Origin: a virus
Lineage: Duplodnaviria; Caudoviricetes
Length of the DNA stretch: 64,000 nt
IMG/VR virus record: IMGVR_UViG_3300024346_000006
Strand: one strand, 5' to 3'
Shown here: piece after piece, positions 9,747-19,239 of the stretch
How the letters are laid out: each line of letters starts with the position of its first letter
Position numbering within the stretch: position 1 is the first letter of the stretch
Notes under the pieces: model-generated
Database searches by the model: none
What the model was told of the DNA's origin: nothing
What the model saw: only the letters and a program-made list of their open reading frames with translations
Program-made: the position numbers and the translations under genes

Positions 9747-10076
9747 ATGGAAGAAGAAATTAAAGCATCTGGACATCACCCAGCTGATACTAATGGAGAT
9801 GGAAAGGTTTCAAACGAAGAAGAAAAGATGTATCTTGAGTTTAAAAGAAAAGAACTAGAAGATGCTGACGCTCGCAGAGATGCAATGCGCCAGATGGCTT
9901 GGTTCTCTTTATTCGGTATGTTACTCTATCCCTTTGCAGTAGTGATTGCAGTACTTGCAGGACTAGACGGAGCATCAAAGATTTTGGGTGATATGGCGGC
10001 AACATATTTTGTTTCCGTTGCTGCAATTGTTATGGGTTTCTTTGGAGCGAATGCATACTCAGATAAGAAGAAGTAA
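9747..10076 (+). CDS. small membrane protein with N-terminal EF-hand-like loop
   Basis: DTNGDGKVSNEE followed by two hydrophobic helices. Confidence 0.7.
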   Translation: MEEEIKASGHHPADTNGDGKVSNEEEKMYLEFKRKELEDADARRDAMRQMAWFSLFGMLLYPFAVVIAVLAGLDGASKILGDMAATYFVSVAAIVMGFFGANAYSDKKK

Positions 10077-10079
10077 TAA

Positions 10080-12536
10080 ATGGCAAAACCTGATCTACAA
10101 GCGGTAACAGAAAAACTTATTAGACAAAACCAAGAGGAATTGTCTGCGTCATTTAGCGCTGCAACCGACCAGTTGCAGTCTGCCGCAGCTAGACAGGCCC
10201 TTACAGAAGTTGCTGATATTCTTGGACAACAAGAAGGTATATCAGTAAAAGAATTTAAAGAAACTAAAAAGAAGATAGACCTTCTTGATGCTGATTTACA
10301 ACAATTAGAAGGTGCTACTGACCAAGAAAAGAAGGCACTTCAAGAGATATTAAGAACATCTCAAGAAAGTATAAAACAAAACACCACATTTAAAAAATCT
10401 ATCGGAGAGCTTGCATCAAAGACAGTAGAAAATTCCATCGATGGAATTGGTGGAGTTATTACTGGTGCGTTGAGTGGTAGTCCATTACTGGCGTTTGGTG
10501 CATCATTTGTTGGTGACAGAATTAAACAATTCAGAGAAACAAGAAAAGCAAATCAGGCAGAAGAAGAAGAAAGACAAAGAAGAATTGTAGAACAGAGGAA
10601 AATTGAAGAAGAAGAATTTTCTGTTTTAAGAACACAAATATCAAATGAAGAAGCAATTTCAAGAGCGAATATAACATCAGAAGAAGTAGCGGCACAATCA
10701 CTTGCAAGAGGTATCACTGAACAAGAAGTTATTGATGAACAAAAAAATGCGATTATTCGTCAAGCAAAAACCGCAAAAGAAGCAGAAGATGCAAATAAAG
10801 CAAGACAAGATGAAGTCGAGTCTATTAAAAGAAGTTATGGACTTGACATGCCAGAGTCTCCAGTGTCTGTTCCAAAACCAGAAGCTTCAGTGTCGGATGA
10901 TAAAGAAAATATTACAGTACCATCTCCATCTGAAAATACTCAAAATTTATCTACTGATGAAACATCCACTCCAAGTGAAGTTGCCCAAATCACAACAACT
11001 AAGTTGGATGAAGTAAAAGAACAACTTGGTGAAAACAGTCCATATCTAGAAGAAGTAGTAAATCTTCTAAAATTCTTGCAAGATACTTCTGACAATCCAT
11101 CTCCATTGGATCTGGAAACTCAAAGAGAAAGTAATAGAGAAAGAAAAATTGAACAGGAGTTTGATAAAACACAAATCAAACTTCTCGAACAGATTGCAGA
11201 AAACACTGGAAACTTAGATGAAATCTCAGGTGGTGGTGGCGGTGGAATTTTAGGTGACTTGCTGGCCGGCGCCGGTGGAGGCGGACTTGGCGGGGCGGTA
11301 AAAGGTAAAGGCGGAATTAGAGGTGCCATCTCAAGAGTTGGCGGGGCGGTAAAAGGTGGTATTGGAAGAGTTGGTTCCGTAGTAAATAGATCAAGTGGTG
11401 GTAGATTTGGTAGACTTGGTAATCTAGTAAGAAATGCAGGATCTGGAATTACGGGAAGAGCAAGAAGTTTAGTTGGTGGTGGACTGAATGCTGCAAGAGG
11501 TGCGTTGGGGGGAATTAAAAACTTTGGATTGAATGCACTGAAACTTGGTGGGGGAGCAGTAGCGGGACTTGCTGCAACTGGAGCAGCAAAAACAGCGAGT
11601 GTCGCAAGTAGTGTCGCAAGTAATGTAAAAAATGCAATACCTTCGATGCCTGATAAAATAAAAGGTGTTGGTAGTGCAATAGCAGATAAACTTCCAAAAA
11701 TGTCAAATATTTCAGCACCAGTAAAAGGAGTTGGTGCGAAGATAAGTGGACTTACATCTAAAGTAACTGGAAAGGCCGCCACCAAAACTGTTGGTAAGGG
11801 ACTTGGGAAATCTTTATTGAAAAAAATCCCTGGCGTTGGTTTACTTGCAGGATTGGGATTTGGTGCTCAAAGAGCATTTAGTGGAGACTTCTCTGGCGCA
11901 GGCCTAGAGGTACTTTCTGGACTTGCTGGTACAATACCAGGCCTTGGTACTGCTGCGTCAACAGCGATTGATGCTGGACTCATGGCGAAGGATATGGGTG
12001 TGATTGATGGAAAAGAGGGCGCAACAACCCCTGAGATTTCTACAGAAGATAAGAAAGCAGACCTACAGACAAAAATTGCAGATGCAAAAGATAGAATCGC
12101 AAGAAGTGAAGGTGGCGAAAACGTCTACTTTGGTAGAGATAAAAAAGGTATAGAAAAAGATGCTACAGAAATAGAAAAACTACAAGCCGAGTTAGATAAA
12201 TTAAATATCTCGGCCGCTGGCGATCTAAATGATATCAACAATCCGATGGGGTTAGAATCAAAGACACTGCAAGGACAGCAGAAATTGCAAACAGAATCCA
12301 CCTCAAGTGACATTCCTAATAGAAAATTAGAAGCGTCTAATATGATGGATAGTGTTGCTATGGACAAATCTACATCAGAAGCGAAACAGGCTGCGAATAT
12401 TATAAATGCACCACAACAAAACACCGTGAATAATGTAACAAACAATTCAACGATTATGCCTAAACAAAAACCAGAAGTAAGACATACTGATGGTGCTGTA
12501 AGGGATGCTAAGTTATCTTTAGTGGGTGCATGGTAG
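10080..12536 (+). CDS. tape measure protein (gp29-like)
   Basis: 818 aa; helical E/K/Q/A-rich N-half, Gly/Ala-rich region, LLKKIPGVG and NAPQQNTVNNV motifs; follows gp26/gp51. Confidence 0.7.
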   Translation: MAKPDLQAVTEKLIRQNQEELSASFSAATDQLQSAAARQALTEVADILGQQEGISVKEFKETKKKIDLLDADLQQLEGATDQEKKALQEILRTSQESIKQNTTFKKSIGELASKTVENSIDGIGGVITGALSGSPLLAFGASFVGDRIKQFRETRKANQAEEEERQRRIVEQRKIEEEEFSVLRTQISNEEAISRANITSEEVAAQSLARGITEQEVIDEQKNAIIRQAKTAKEAEDANKARQDEVESIKRSYGLDMPESPVSVPKPEASVSDDKENITVPSPSENTQNLSTDETSTPSEVAQITTTKLDEVKEQLGENSPYLEEVVNLLKFLQDTSDNPSPLDLETQRESNRERKIEQEFDKTQIKLLEQIAENTGNLDEISGGGGGGILGDLLAGAGGGGLGGAVKGKGGIRGAISRVGGAVKGGIGRVGSVVNRSSGGRFGRLGNLVRNAGSGITGRARSLVGGGLNAARGALGGIKNFGLNALKLGGGAVAGLAATGAAKTASVASSVASNVKNAIPSMPDKIKGVGSAIADKLPKMSNISAPVKGVGAKISGLTSKVTGKAATKTVGKGLGKSLLKKIPGVGLLAGLGFGAQRAFSGDFSGAGLEVLSGLAGTIPGLGTAASTAIDAGLMAKDMGVIDGKEGATTPEISTEDKKADLQTKIADAKDRIARSEGGENVYFGRDKKGIEKDATEIEKLQAELDKLNISAAGDLNDINNPMGLESKTLQGQQKLQTESTSSDIPNRKLEASNMMDSVAMDKSTSEAKQAANIINAPQQNTVNNVTNNSTIMPKQKPEVRHTDGAVRDAKLSLVGAW

Positions 12537-12543
12537 GAACCTT

Positions 12544-12657
12544 TTAGTCCCTACACATAATTCTTTTTGCTTCTTCGTATAAACCTTGTTGTACAAGAAC
12601 ATGTGCAGCTCTTGCTCTTCCAATGTTCTCAAAAGTTTCTAAAATTTTCTTAAACAT
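12544..12657 (-). CDS. 37-aa small protein coupled to the DUF1127 gene
   Basis: MFKKILETFENIGRARAAHVLVQQGLYEEAKRIMCRD; start overlaps the DUF1127 stop. Confidence 0.6.
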   Translation of the reverse strand: MFKKILETFENIGRARAAHVLVQQGLYEEAKRIMCRD

Positions 12658-12865
12658 CTTTTAAATCCAATTCCATTGCAATAGATTTTATCTGCGATCT
12701 TGCAATCCCAATATCATTCAAATCTCTATCGGACAGTGAACTTAATTCTTTTATAGTTTCTTTTTGAAGTTTTTTCAATTTCATTCTTTTTTGTAAATCA
12801 TGAATAAAATCTACAAATGGGGTAATATTTAACCAGTCTGATGCTGTTAATACTAATTGTGTCAT
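12650..12865 (-). CDS. DUF1127 (YjiS-like) small protein
   Basis: ETIKELSSLSDRDLNDIGIARSQI signature; AGGAGA RBS supports a start at 12865 rather than 12913. Confidence 0.85.
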   Translation of the reverse strand: MTQLVLTASDWLNITPFVDFIHDLQKRMKLKKLQKETIKELSSLSDRDLNDIGIARSQIKSIAMELDLKDV

Positions 12866-13143
12866 CCAATTCTCCTGTGTATGATATGTGTGAAATGTCA
12901 GTGATTCTGACACAAATATTTATTTCGCAAGTGCAGAAAATCCCCATGTCATTTTCGCAATTTCGTTATGCAATCCAAACATATCTAAGACAAAAAAAAG
13001 GGCAAGGATTTCTCCCTGCCCATTCCCCACACTCAGTTCTTTGTATGCGATAATAGATGGCGGTCGAGTATGTTGTATACCTTCTATTACCTGTATGGAC
13101 TCTGTGTTGTGTCTTACACTAACACTTCAGTGCCACCAACTGT

Positions 13144-14052
13144 TTAACTTTCATCTGCAAGACGTTCAAAGTAAGAGATTGAATCATCTTCCTCGTCTTC
13201 ATTATAAGGTACAGACTTTGGTTCTGGCGCAGGCGCAGATTTAGTCTGAGTAGGTTCAGCGTAGTATGAAGAATCATCAGAAGCAAAATCTGTTTCTACT
13301 GAAACTGCAGACTGTTGAACTCCAAGAACACGATCAAGACGTTCCTTGAGTTGTTCGTAAGACTTGAACTTCTCTTCACTTACAAACTCTTCCAATGAAT
13401 ATAGTTGATTATAGATTGTTTCCAATTCTGAATCATCATCTGCAAGTGGTGCTTGAGAATCGAATTCAGACTTATCATAATTACCATAACCATCAACAGT
13501 ACGATACTTCAGTTTGAAGTTTGCACCATCCCAAAAATCAAATGGGTTGTAACGAGCCTCATCTTCAAAATGAGGATTCATTGACTCGTTCAACTTGTCA
13601 AAGATTTTCTTACCATATGAGTAAAGAAAAACTTTTCCTTCATTATCTGGGTTTGCAGGATCTTTTACAACATAAATGTTCGAAAGGAACTTGAGTTTAC
13701 GTTTACGGTCACGAGCAAGGTTTTGATTGTCTTGTGAACCAGTATTCCATAGTTCAGTATTAGACTCACAAACAGGACACTGTTTGTTGATTGTAGTAAG
13801 ACAGTTATCAATCAACCAACCGCCTGGGCCTTTAAATCCATGATTAAATACACGAACCCAAGGAATATCTTCACCATCTGTAGGGGGAAGGAAACGAATT
13901 ACAGCATAACTGTTACCATCCTTACCAATAGTTGGTTTCCAAAATCGATCATCGATATTCGATGTGGTTTGTTGTGGGGATTGGGTTTTTTCCAACTCTT
14001 CCGCAAGACGGGCAAAGTTAGATCGACCTTTTTTAAGGTTTGCAAAAGACAT
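13144..14052 (-). CDS. gp32: single-stranded DNA-binding protein gp32
   Basis: DDRFWKPT, AVIRFLP, HGFKGPGGWLIDNCLTT, GKKIFDK, NFKLK, acidic tail. Confidence 0.96.
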   Translation of the reverse strand: MSFANLKKGRSNFARLAEELEKTQSPQQTTSNIDDRFWKPTIGKDGNSYAVIRFLPPTDGEDIPWVRVFNHGFKGPGGWLIDNCLTTINKQCPVCESNTELWNTGSQDNQNLARDRKRKLKFLSNIYVVKDPANPDNEGKVFLYSYGKKIFDKLNESMNPHFEDEARYNPFDFWDGANFKLKYRTVDGYGNYDKSEFDSQAPLADDDSELETIYNQLYSLEEFVSEEKFKSYEQLKERLDRVLGVQQSAVSVETDFASDDSSYYAEPTQTKSAPAPEPKSVPYNEDEEDDSISYFERLADES

Positions 14053-14127
14053 AAATTTTCTCCTTTATACGTTATATCGTTATATGCGTTTTGTATTTTA
14101 CTAATATACTATATTATCCAAACATTG

Positions 14128-14823
14128 TCAACTAGTTTTTTTAATTAATTGACCATAATCTTCATAATAATCATCAATCAATATGTCCCTAAGAACATTA
14201 ACATAATAATCAACATCTATGTCTAAGAAAGACATATAGTCTTTTACTTTCTTAGTGTATATAGGCCAATAAGTTGTATCATTTATTTTGACCTTATCTA
14301 CGAAAGCAAAAATCTTTTCAAAGATAATTAACGTTTCTAATGAAAGTTCTCCACGTTTTTCTAAGAATACAATAAATGGGTAGTCATTGTCAATAGATTT
14401 AAATATGGAATTGAACTCCAGATTTTCCTCAGACGCCCTTGTAAACAACACATGACAATCATTAGTAAAAGTATACTTTATACTTTGAATTCTTTTTTTC
14501 CAATTTTTATATGTATCATAGGATTCTTTATCTAAAAGATTTCCTGTCCACATAAACTCATTACGAGAAATTGCAAGATTACCATTTTCTGTTACATTCA
14601 AGAACAAGGCAAGTAAAAACTCTTCCAAACTCTTTTTATCAAACCTTCTCGAAAGTTCTTCAAAAGTTCTTCTGTCTCTCCTATTATGGTAGGTTTCTTT
14701 CTTCGGCGAAACCTTCCCTTTGTACTTTATAAAATCATACTCACTATTAAAATGACTTTTCATTGCAAGATAAATTTTAAACGCCTCAAAGTCATCTATC
14801 TTCTTCCCAGACATGGTAATCAT
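14128..14823 (-). CDS. gp59: helicase loader gp59
   Basis: FEAFKIYLAMKSHFNSEYDFIKYKGK, LSLETLII; adjacent to gp32 and gp33. Confidence 0.85.
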   Translation of the reverse strand: MITMSGKKIDDFEAFKIYLAMKSHFNSEYDFIKYKGKVSPKKETYHNRRDRRTFEELSRRFDKKSLEEFLLALFLNVTENGNLAISRNEFMWTGNLLDKESYDTYKNWKKRIQSIKYTFTNDCHVLFTRASEENLEFNSIFKSIDNDYPFIVFLEKRGELSLETLIIFEKIFAFVDKVKINDTTYWPIYTKKVKDYMSFLDIDVDYYVNVLRDILIDDYYEDYGQLIKKTS

Positions 14824-15044
14824 AGAGGCAATTGTTCGGTAGACTTCCGAACCATGTTCAGTCCTTCTGCCTCGTATTTAATTTTTTCTTTTATGAAAGG
14901 ACTCAACAAAGAAACTACATTTTCTATTTCCAAATTATTTTTTTCACAGTAGTATGTGATTGTATCGATGTACGAACTGTTTAATTTAGAAACTTGTTTT
15001 TCTATTTCATCACTAAATTCTTTCGAACTCTTAAGTTTCAACAT
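14820..15044 (-). CDS. gp33: late transcription coactivator gp33
   Basis: FSDEIEKQV...SYIDTITYYCEKNNLEIE...LKEKIK-like...EAEGLN. Confidence 0.88.
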   Translation of the reverse strand: MLKLKSSKEFSDEIEKQVSKLNSSYIDTITYYCEKNNLEIENVVSLLSPFIKEKIKYEAEGLNMVRKSTEQLPL

Positions 15045-15113
15045 TCTATATAAATACTCCTTAAATATACGTTACAGCATATAATACACTGTAACGTATG
15101 ACTTGTCAATAGA

Positions 15114-15275
15114 TTATTCTGATTTCCAGATAGTCCAAAGACCATAAACAATTGCTGCATATGCAGCCCATGTAATCAAACCATCAAAGAGTAGTGCAAC
15201 AACACCCATCGCAATAAGTGCGCCACCATCCCATGATGTTCTTTCTGTCAATCTAGCTTTAATCCAATTTATCAT
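15114..15275 (-). CDS. 53-aa membrane protein (absent from ORF track)
   Basis: MINWIKARLTERTSWDGGALIAMGVVALLFDGLITWAAYAAIVYGLWTIWKSE. Confidence 0.65.
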   Translation of the reverse strand: MINWIKARLTERTSWDGGALIAMGVVALLFDGLITWAAYAAIVYGLWTIWKSE

Positions 15276-15276
15276 A

Positions 15277-16068
15277 TCACATTCTCCCTATAATACTTGT
15301 GATTTCAACCTGTGCCACTGGGTCTAAATTCATGGCCCGTACATCTTCCGTTTCGAAAGTAATATCCGCCCTGCAGTCTACCTTAGACCCCTGCTTTGAA
15401 AAATAATTGGGCAGAATTTTAAAATAACTATTTTGTGAATTTATAAAGTCTCTAAAAATAAACTCATTCTCTCCAAGTTCCTTACCCACTGACAAAGAGA
15501 ATCCTACAGTTGGAATCTTATCAATATCCCATCTTAAAAGTCTTTGCCATCCAAGTGGAGCGCCTGGACATAAATTACCTTTAGTGTAAAGTTCTGTACT
15601 ACGAACAGGAGTAATATCAGAGATTACTTCAGTGATTTTAAATCTCAACTTAGAATCTACTGCTGTTTTATAATTACAATATATTTTTATAGATTGTTCT
15701 TGTGCTGTATTGTTTTGATATATGTGAGTAGAATTATTTGCAGTACTAATACTTTCGCCAATCTCTGGTTCATCCAATGGAACTATACCACATTTAACTT
15801 GATCTGAAGAATTCGTTTTTTGATATTCAAATTTAATAGTAGTGGCAGGATTTACTGAAAAGACTTTTTCTCTATAGTTGTTGGTGGCGGGCATAAGTAT
15901 GTTTCCATCAAATAGTACAACATCACTAGGACGAATGCCCGGCTTTCTTTTAAATCCACCGACAAACAAGTGTCCGGCCCTTGTTCGTGTGTTATAGTCA
16001 TACATCACTCCCAAATAATCAGGGACACCTACATATCTTTTTGCACTACTTTTTAGATATTGAACCAT
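15277..16068 (-). CDS. hypothetical protein
   Basis: 263-aa ORF, codirectional and tightly packed. Confidence 0.6.
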   Translation of the reverse strand: MVQYLKSSAKRYVGVPDYLGVMYDYNTRTRAGHLFVGGFKRKPGIRPSDVVLFDGNILMPATNNYREKVFSVNPATTIKFEYQKTNSSDQVKCGIVPLDEPEIGESISTANNSTHIYQNNTAQEQSIKIYCNYKTAVDSKLRFKITEVISDITPVRSTELYTKGNLCPGAPLGWQRLLRWDIDKIPTVGFSLSVGKELGENEFIFRDFINSQNSYFKILPNYFSKQGSKVDCRADITFETEDVRAMNLDPVAQVEITSIIGRM

Positions 16069-16080
16069 GTTTTTTATTTC

Positions 16081-16761
16081 CTACAATTGTGCTTTATATT
16101 CTGTTATCATTTCTATCAACCCATCGATATGACTATCACGCTTAGAAGTATAAACTCCAGCATCTTTCTGGTCATCAATAGCCGCAATGATTACTAGATT
16201 ATTTATAGGAATTTTTGTCCTCTCTTCAAACATAACAGCATAACCAGATGCTTGTCTGAAGTAGTTCTCCAATTTATTTGGATGCATTGACTTTCTTGAT
16301 GTTTTAAAATCAATAATAGAAAGTTTACCATCAAAATATGCAATACAATCACATTTTCCTGCAATTCCTAGATGTTCAGAATACATTGGCCACTCTTGAA
16401 CATATACATCATTCAATCTAGTATCAAGAGTTTCTTTCAATGTAAGAAACATCTCTGTATCATTCGGCATGAGTTTATTATAATCTATTTCTATGTTATT
16501 TATATAATCTTCACACAACTGATGTACAGAAGTTCCTCTTCTTGCAGCCTGGGTAGTGATTTTATTCGCTTCTTTTTCGCCTACACGCCTTCTCCACTCC
16601 ATAATGGACTTTTTAGAAAAATGTGATATGACGGTTGTTATCGAAGGATATTTGTTGCCATTTTCATCGTGGTAATATCTAGTACCAGACTTAAGGGTTT
16701 CACTTCTAAGTGAAAATTCAGGCAAATCCAATTCAACATGATTAAACATAAAGTACTCCAA
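16081..16761 (-). CDS. PD-(D/E)XK exonuclease
   Basis: YPSITTV, RGTSVH, IAGKCDCIA, IIDFKTS, YFRQASGYA. Confidence 0.88.
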   Translation of the reverse strand: MEYFMFNHVELDLPEFSLRSETLKSGTRYYHDENGNKYPSITTVISHFSKKSIMEWRRRVGEKEANKITTQAARRGTSVHQLCEDYINNIEIDYNKLMPNDTEMFLTLKETLDTRLNDVYVQEWPMYSEHLGIAGKCDCIAYFDGKLSIIDFKTSRKSMHPNKLENYFRQASGYAVMFEERTKIPINNLVIIAAIDDQKDAGVYTSKRDSHIDGLIEMITEYKAQL

Positions 16762-16805
16762 ATTTGTTAAAGTATATCAAATATCCTTCGACATGTCAAG
16801 CAGTT

Positions 16806-17153
16806 TTATAAAATTTCTTCAACTTCTGGTCTTGACTTAATTTCTTCTATTGCCTCATCGATATTCTGTATAAATGCATTTTCAATACCATAATGTCTGT
16901 CCATGACGGCTTGCAATACAACTCCCAAGAAACTTAAATCATCAACAAGAACTTTATTGCTTAGGTCAAAACCATACTCATCTGCCATAATGTAAACAAA
17001 TTCGTCAAGGAGTTCATTTGTCATTCCAATAGAAACATCATAATCTTCGTCCATACCACCTAAGTTAATAAACGACTTTATATCCTCTAAGTTGTTACTT
17101 TTAGATTTTACTTTTGCTGAAAAAATATCTTTTGCTTCGATTATGTTTTTCAT
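16806..17153 (-). CDS. hypothetical protein
   Basis: 115-aa ORF with GGAGG RBS. Confidence 0.6.
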   Translation of the reverse strand: MKNIIEAKDIFSAKVKSKSNNLEDIKSFINLGGMDEDYDVSIGMTNELLDEFVYIMADEYGFDLSNKVLVDDLSFLGVVLQAVMDRHYGIENAFIQNIDEAIEEIKSRPEVEEIL

Positions 17154-17164
17154 TTGAGGCCTCC

Positions 17165-17881
17165 TTAGGCAAAACCCAATTCTAGTTTATTGATTATGTA
17201 GGATTTCACTAAAGGACTTCTAACGATATCTTGTTGCATAAACTCAATAAAAGAAAAACGATCCATACTTTTTATGATTTTTATAAAATCCAGTATTCCA
17301 TCTTTTTCAGATTTCCATCTAAAGTCGGACTGTCTAAAGTCTCCACAAAAAATTATTTTACAATTATCTCCTATTCTAGTTATGACAGAATCCAGTTCAT
17401 GAAAATTCATGTTCTGACATTCATCGACAATAATTATGCTATCATAAAAGGTCGTACCTCTTATGTAAGATGTCGAGTTGAAATTTATAAGGGAAGTTTT
17501 TCGTAAACTTTCGTATGCATTTCCACATTCAAATAATTCGTTTACTATAGTTTTGTATGGGGTTTCGTATGATTGCATTTTTTGTTTTTCCGAGCCGGGC
17601 AAGAAACCCATATCCCTTGTCGGAACAACACTTCTGATAATTTGTATCTCTCTATAACCAGAAGATTTATCCATTAATTCATCTAGTGCAAGGTATAAAG
17701 AAATGTATGTTTTTCCTGTCCCTGCAACTCCATGAAGAAATAAATGATCTTCATAAAAGGCATCAAATACTTCTTCTTGTGCCGGTGTTATTGGTGTAAT
17801 TTTTTTAAGTTGTGTTCGTGCGTCAATCCCTATTAATCTACTATTACTGTTTGATTTTGTCTTCCTAGCTTTTCTACTCAC
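17165..17881 (-). CDS. phoH: PhoH family ATPase
   Basis: GVAGTGKT Walker A, MGFLPG, YIRGTT, IVDECQN, GDFRQSD, DIVRS. Confidence 0.95.
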   Translation of the reverse strand: MSRKARKTKSNSNSRLIGIDARTQLKKITPITPAQEEVFDAFYEDHLFLHGVAGTGKTYISLYLALDELMDKSSGYREIQIIRSVVPTRDMGFLPGSEKQKMQSYETPYKTIVNELFECGNAYESLRKTSLINFNSTSYIRGTTFYDSIIIVDECQNMNFHELDSVITRIGDNCKIIFCGDFRQSDFRWKSEKDGILDFIKIIKSMDRFSFIEFMQQDIVRSPLVKSYIINKLELGFA

Positions 17882-17921
17882 GAATGAGACTCCTTTGAAA
17901 GTTGGAATCTACAGTGAAAAA

Positions 17922-18191
17922 TTACATATTAAATTTAGACTCTGTTTTTACTGCACCAGGCATTTTGGCCACTTTATCTAAAACATTCTCCTTAAATGAT
18001 TGTGGAACTTTTTGTCTGCCCAAGCGAATAGAATCCCCAATACTTGGAGCGCCAGTAAGAAATTGTTGGATTTTTCCTTCGATTTGACAGTTTGGACAAG
18101 AGCCATTTAAATGTTCTTCTCTTTCAGCAATACGACACCAAATTTCAAATTCATGATCACAATCTGTACATTTAAAATCATATCTCGGCAT
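17922..18191 (-). CDS. FmdB-family zinc-ribbon protein
   Basis: MPRYDFKCTDCDHEFE...CPNC. Confidence 0.85.
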   Translation of the reverse strand: MPRYDFKCTDCDHEFEIWCRIAEREEHLNGSCPNCQIEGKIQQFLTGAPSIGDSIRLGRQKVPQSFKENVLDKVAKMPGAVKTESKFNM

Positions 18192-18198
18192 AATATTA

Positions 18199-18414
18199 TT
18201 AATTCTCCATAATGTGTTCTTGCGTGAATTTATTTTTCACAATAGTATTCCATTGGTTAAGTTTAATTTTACATTTTCTAAACGATGAAGGATCGGTTGT
18301 ATTGTTTCTAACGTAAACCCATTTACGACCTACTTTAACCACAATAGTCCTTCTCCCAGAACCAATGCGAGGCATTTCATCTTGCAAGTGAACTGAATAA
18401 ATCTGCTCTCTCAT
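18199..18414 (-). CDS. hypothetical protein
   Basis: ORF with MPRIGSGRR..VVKVGRKWV; codirectional. Confidence 0.6.
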   Translation of the reverse strand: MREQIYSVHLQDEMPRIGSGRRTIVVKVGRKWVYVRNNTTDPSSFRKCKIKLNQWNTIVKNKFTQEHIMEN

Positions 18415-18486
18415 TATAATTGCCTCTTATCATTATATATCTCTAACCATCTCTACAATATTGCGTTTCACGCATTTTTAAAAAAT

Positions 18487-18506
18487 GGGGGGGCATTGCA
18501 CCCCCC
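18487..18506 (-). terminator. G/C hairpin, likely intrinsic terminator (same hairpin at 39093-39111)
   Basis: GGGGGG-CATTGCA-CCCCCC with an adjacent A-run (U-run on minus strand). Confidence 0.7.
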
Positions 18507-18513
18507 ACCAAAT

Positions 18514-18762
18514 TTACTCTTTAGTTGAAATAAAAGTATACAACTCTTGAGCCTTTTTCATAATGTCTTTGGGAACTGGCATTTCTGGTTTCATGTGTTG
18601 TGTATGTTGAACTAATTCCTCAACACTTTTATTCCATGTCTCTGCAGTCGCATTCAAAGTTTGCCAATAGGTATCCATTGCCACATGGTAACTTTGTTCA
18701 GACATTTCTTTTGCCATTTTTAAAACTTCTAGTCTAATTTCAAATGGATTTTTATTACTCAT
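18514..18762 (-). CDS. hypothetical protein
   Basis: MSNKNPFEIRLEVLKMAKEM...; GAGGA RBS supports a start at 18762. Confidence 0.7.
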   Translation of the reverse strand: MSNKNPFEIRLEVLKMAKEMSEQSYHVAMDTYWQTLNATAETWNKSVEELVQHTQHMKPEMPVPKDIMKKAQELYTFISTKE

Positions 18763-18870
18763 CTTATTTATCCTCTTCTGTGTGATGTGTGTAAATAGCA
18801 ACTTTATAACGTTGCTATTTTAAATAGCAACTTTATAGGAAGTTGCCACCTTTATTATATAGTACAAAAA

Positions 18871-19218
18871 TTAGAATGAAAAACTAAGTCCCACTTTTGC
18901 ATCTTCATATTCAAGCTTTTCGCTCGCTTCAATATTACTGAAAAGTGAAAGTTGTGGAGACATTGCATATGAAACACCCAAGTTAACACCATCAAAATTA
19001 ATTATATCTGATGCTACATTAGAATCATATGAGAAGTCTGCCCATGGACGCAAAACAAATCCTTGTGGAAGTGCCATTGTATATCCTAATTCAGATGTGA
19101 AATTTTCATTTTCTACACTGTACTCAATTTGTCCTTCTACATAACCTCTATTGCCTTCTGCCATTGCAGACGAACATAAAAAAACCGCCGAAGCGGCTCC
19201 GAAAAAAAACTTTGTCAT
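18871..19218 (-). CDS. small outer-membrane beta-barrel-like protein
   Basis: Signal peptide (SSAMA-E), alternating amphipathic strands, C-terminal VGLSFSF. Confidence 0.65.
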   Translation of the reverse strand: MTKFFFGAASAVFLCSSAMAEGNRGYVEGQIEYSVENENFTSELGYTMALPQGFVLRPWADFSYDSNVASDIINFDGVNLGVSYAMSPQLSLFSNIEASEKLEYEDAKVGLSFSF

Positions 19219-19239
19219 TTATTAAATCCTTTTACTATG

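Noticed and set aside
11120-11785. 221-aa minus-strand Pro-rich ORF
   Set aside because: Antisense shadow of the Gly-rich part of the tape measure gene (GGN codons read as Pro on the other strand)
16081-16761. Cas4-like nuclease suggesting a CRISPR system
   Set aside because: No repeat-spacer array or other cas genes seen in the window; it sits in the usual exonuclease-PhoH neighbourhood
13144-17881. Introns or inteins in gp32, gp59 or phoH
   Set aside because: ORFs are uninterrupted and of ordinary length, with no intein or group I intron signatures noticed
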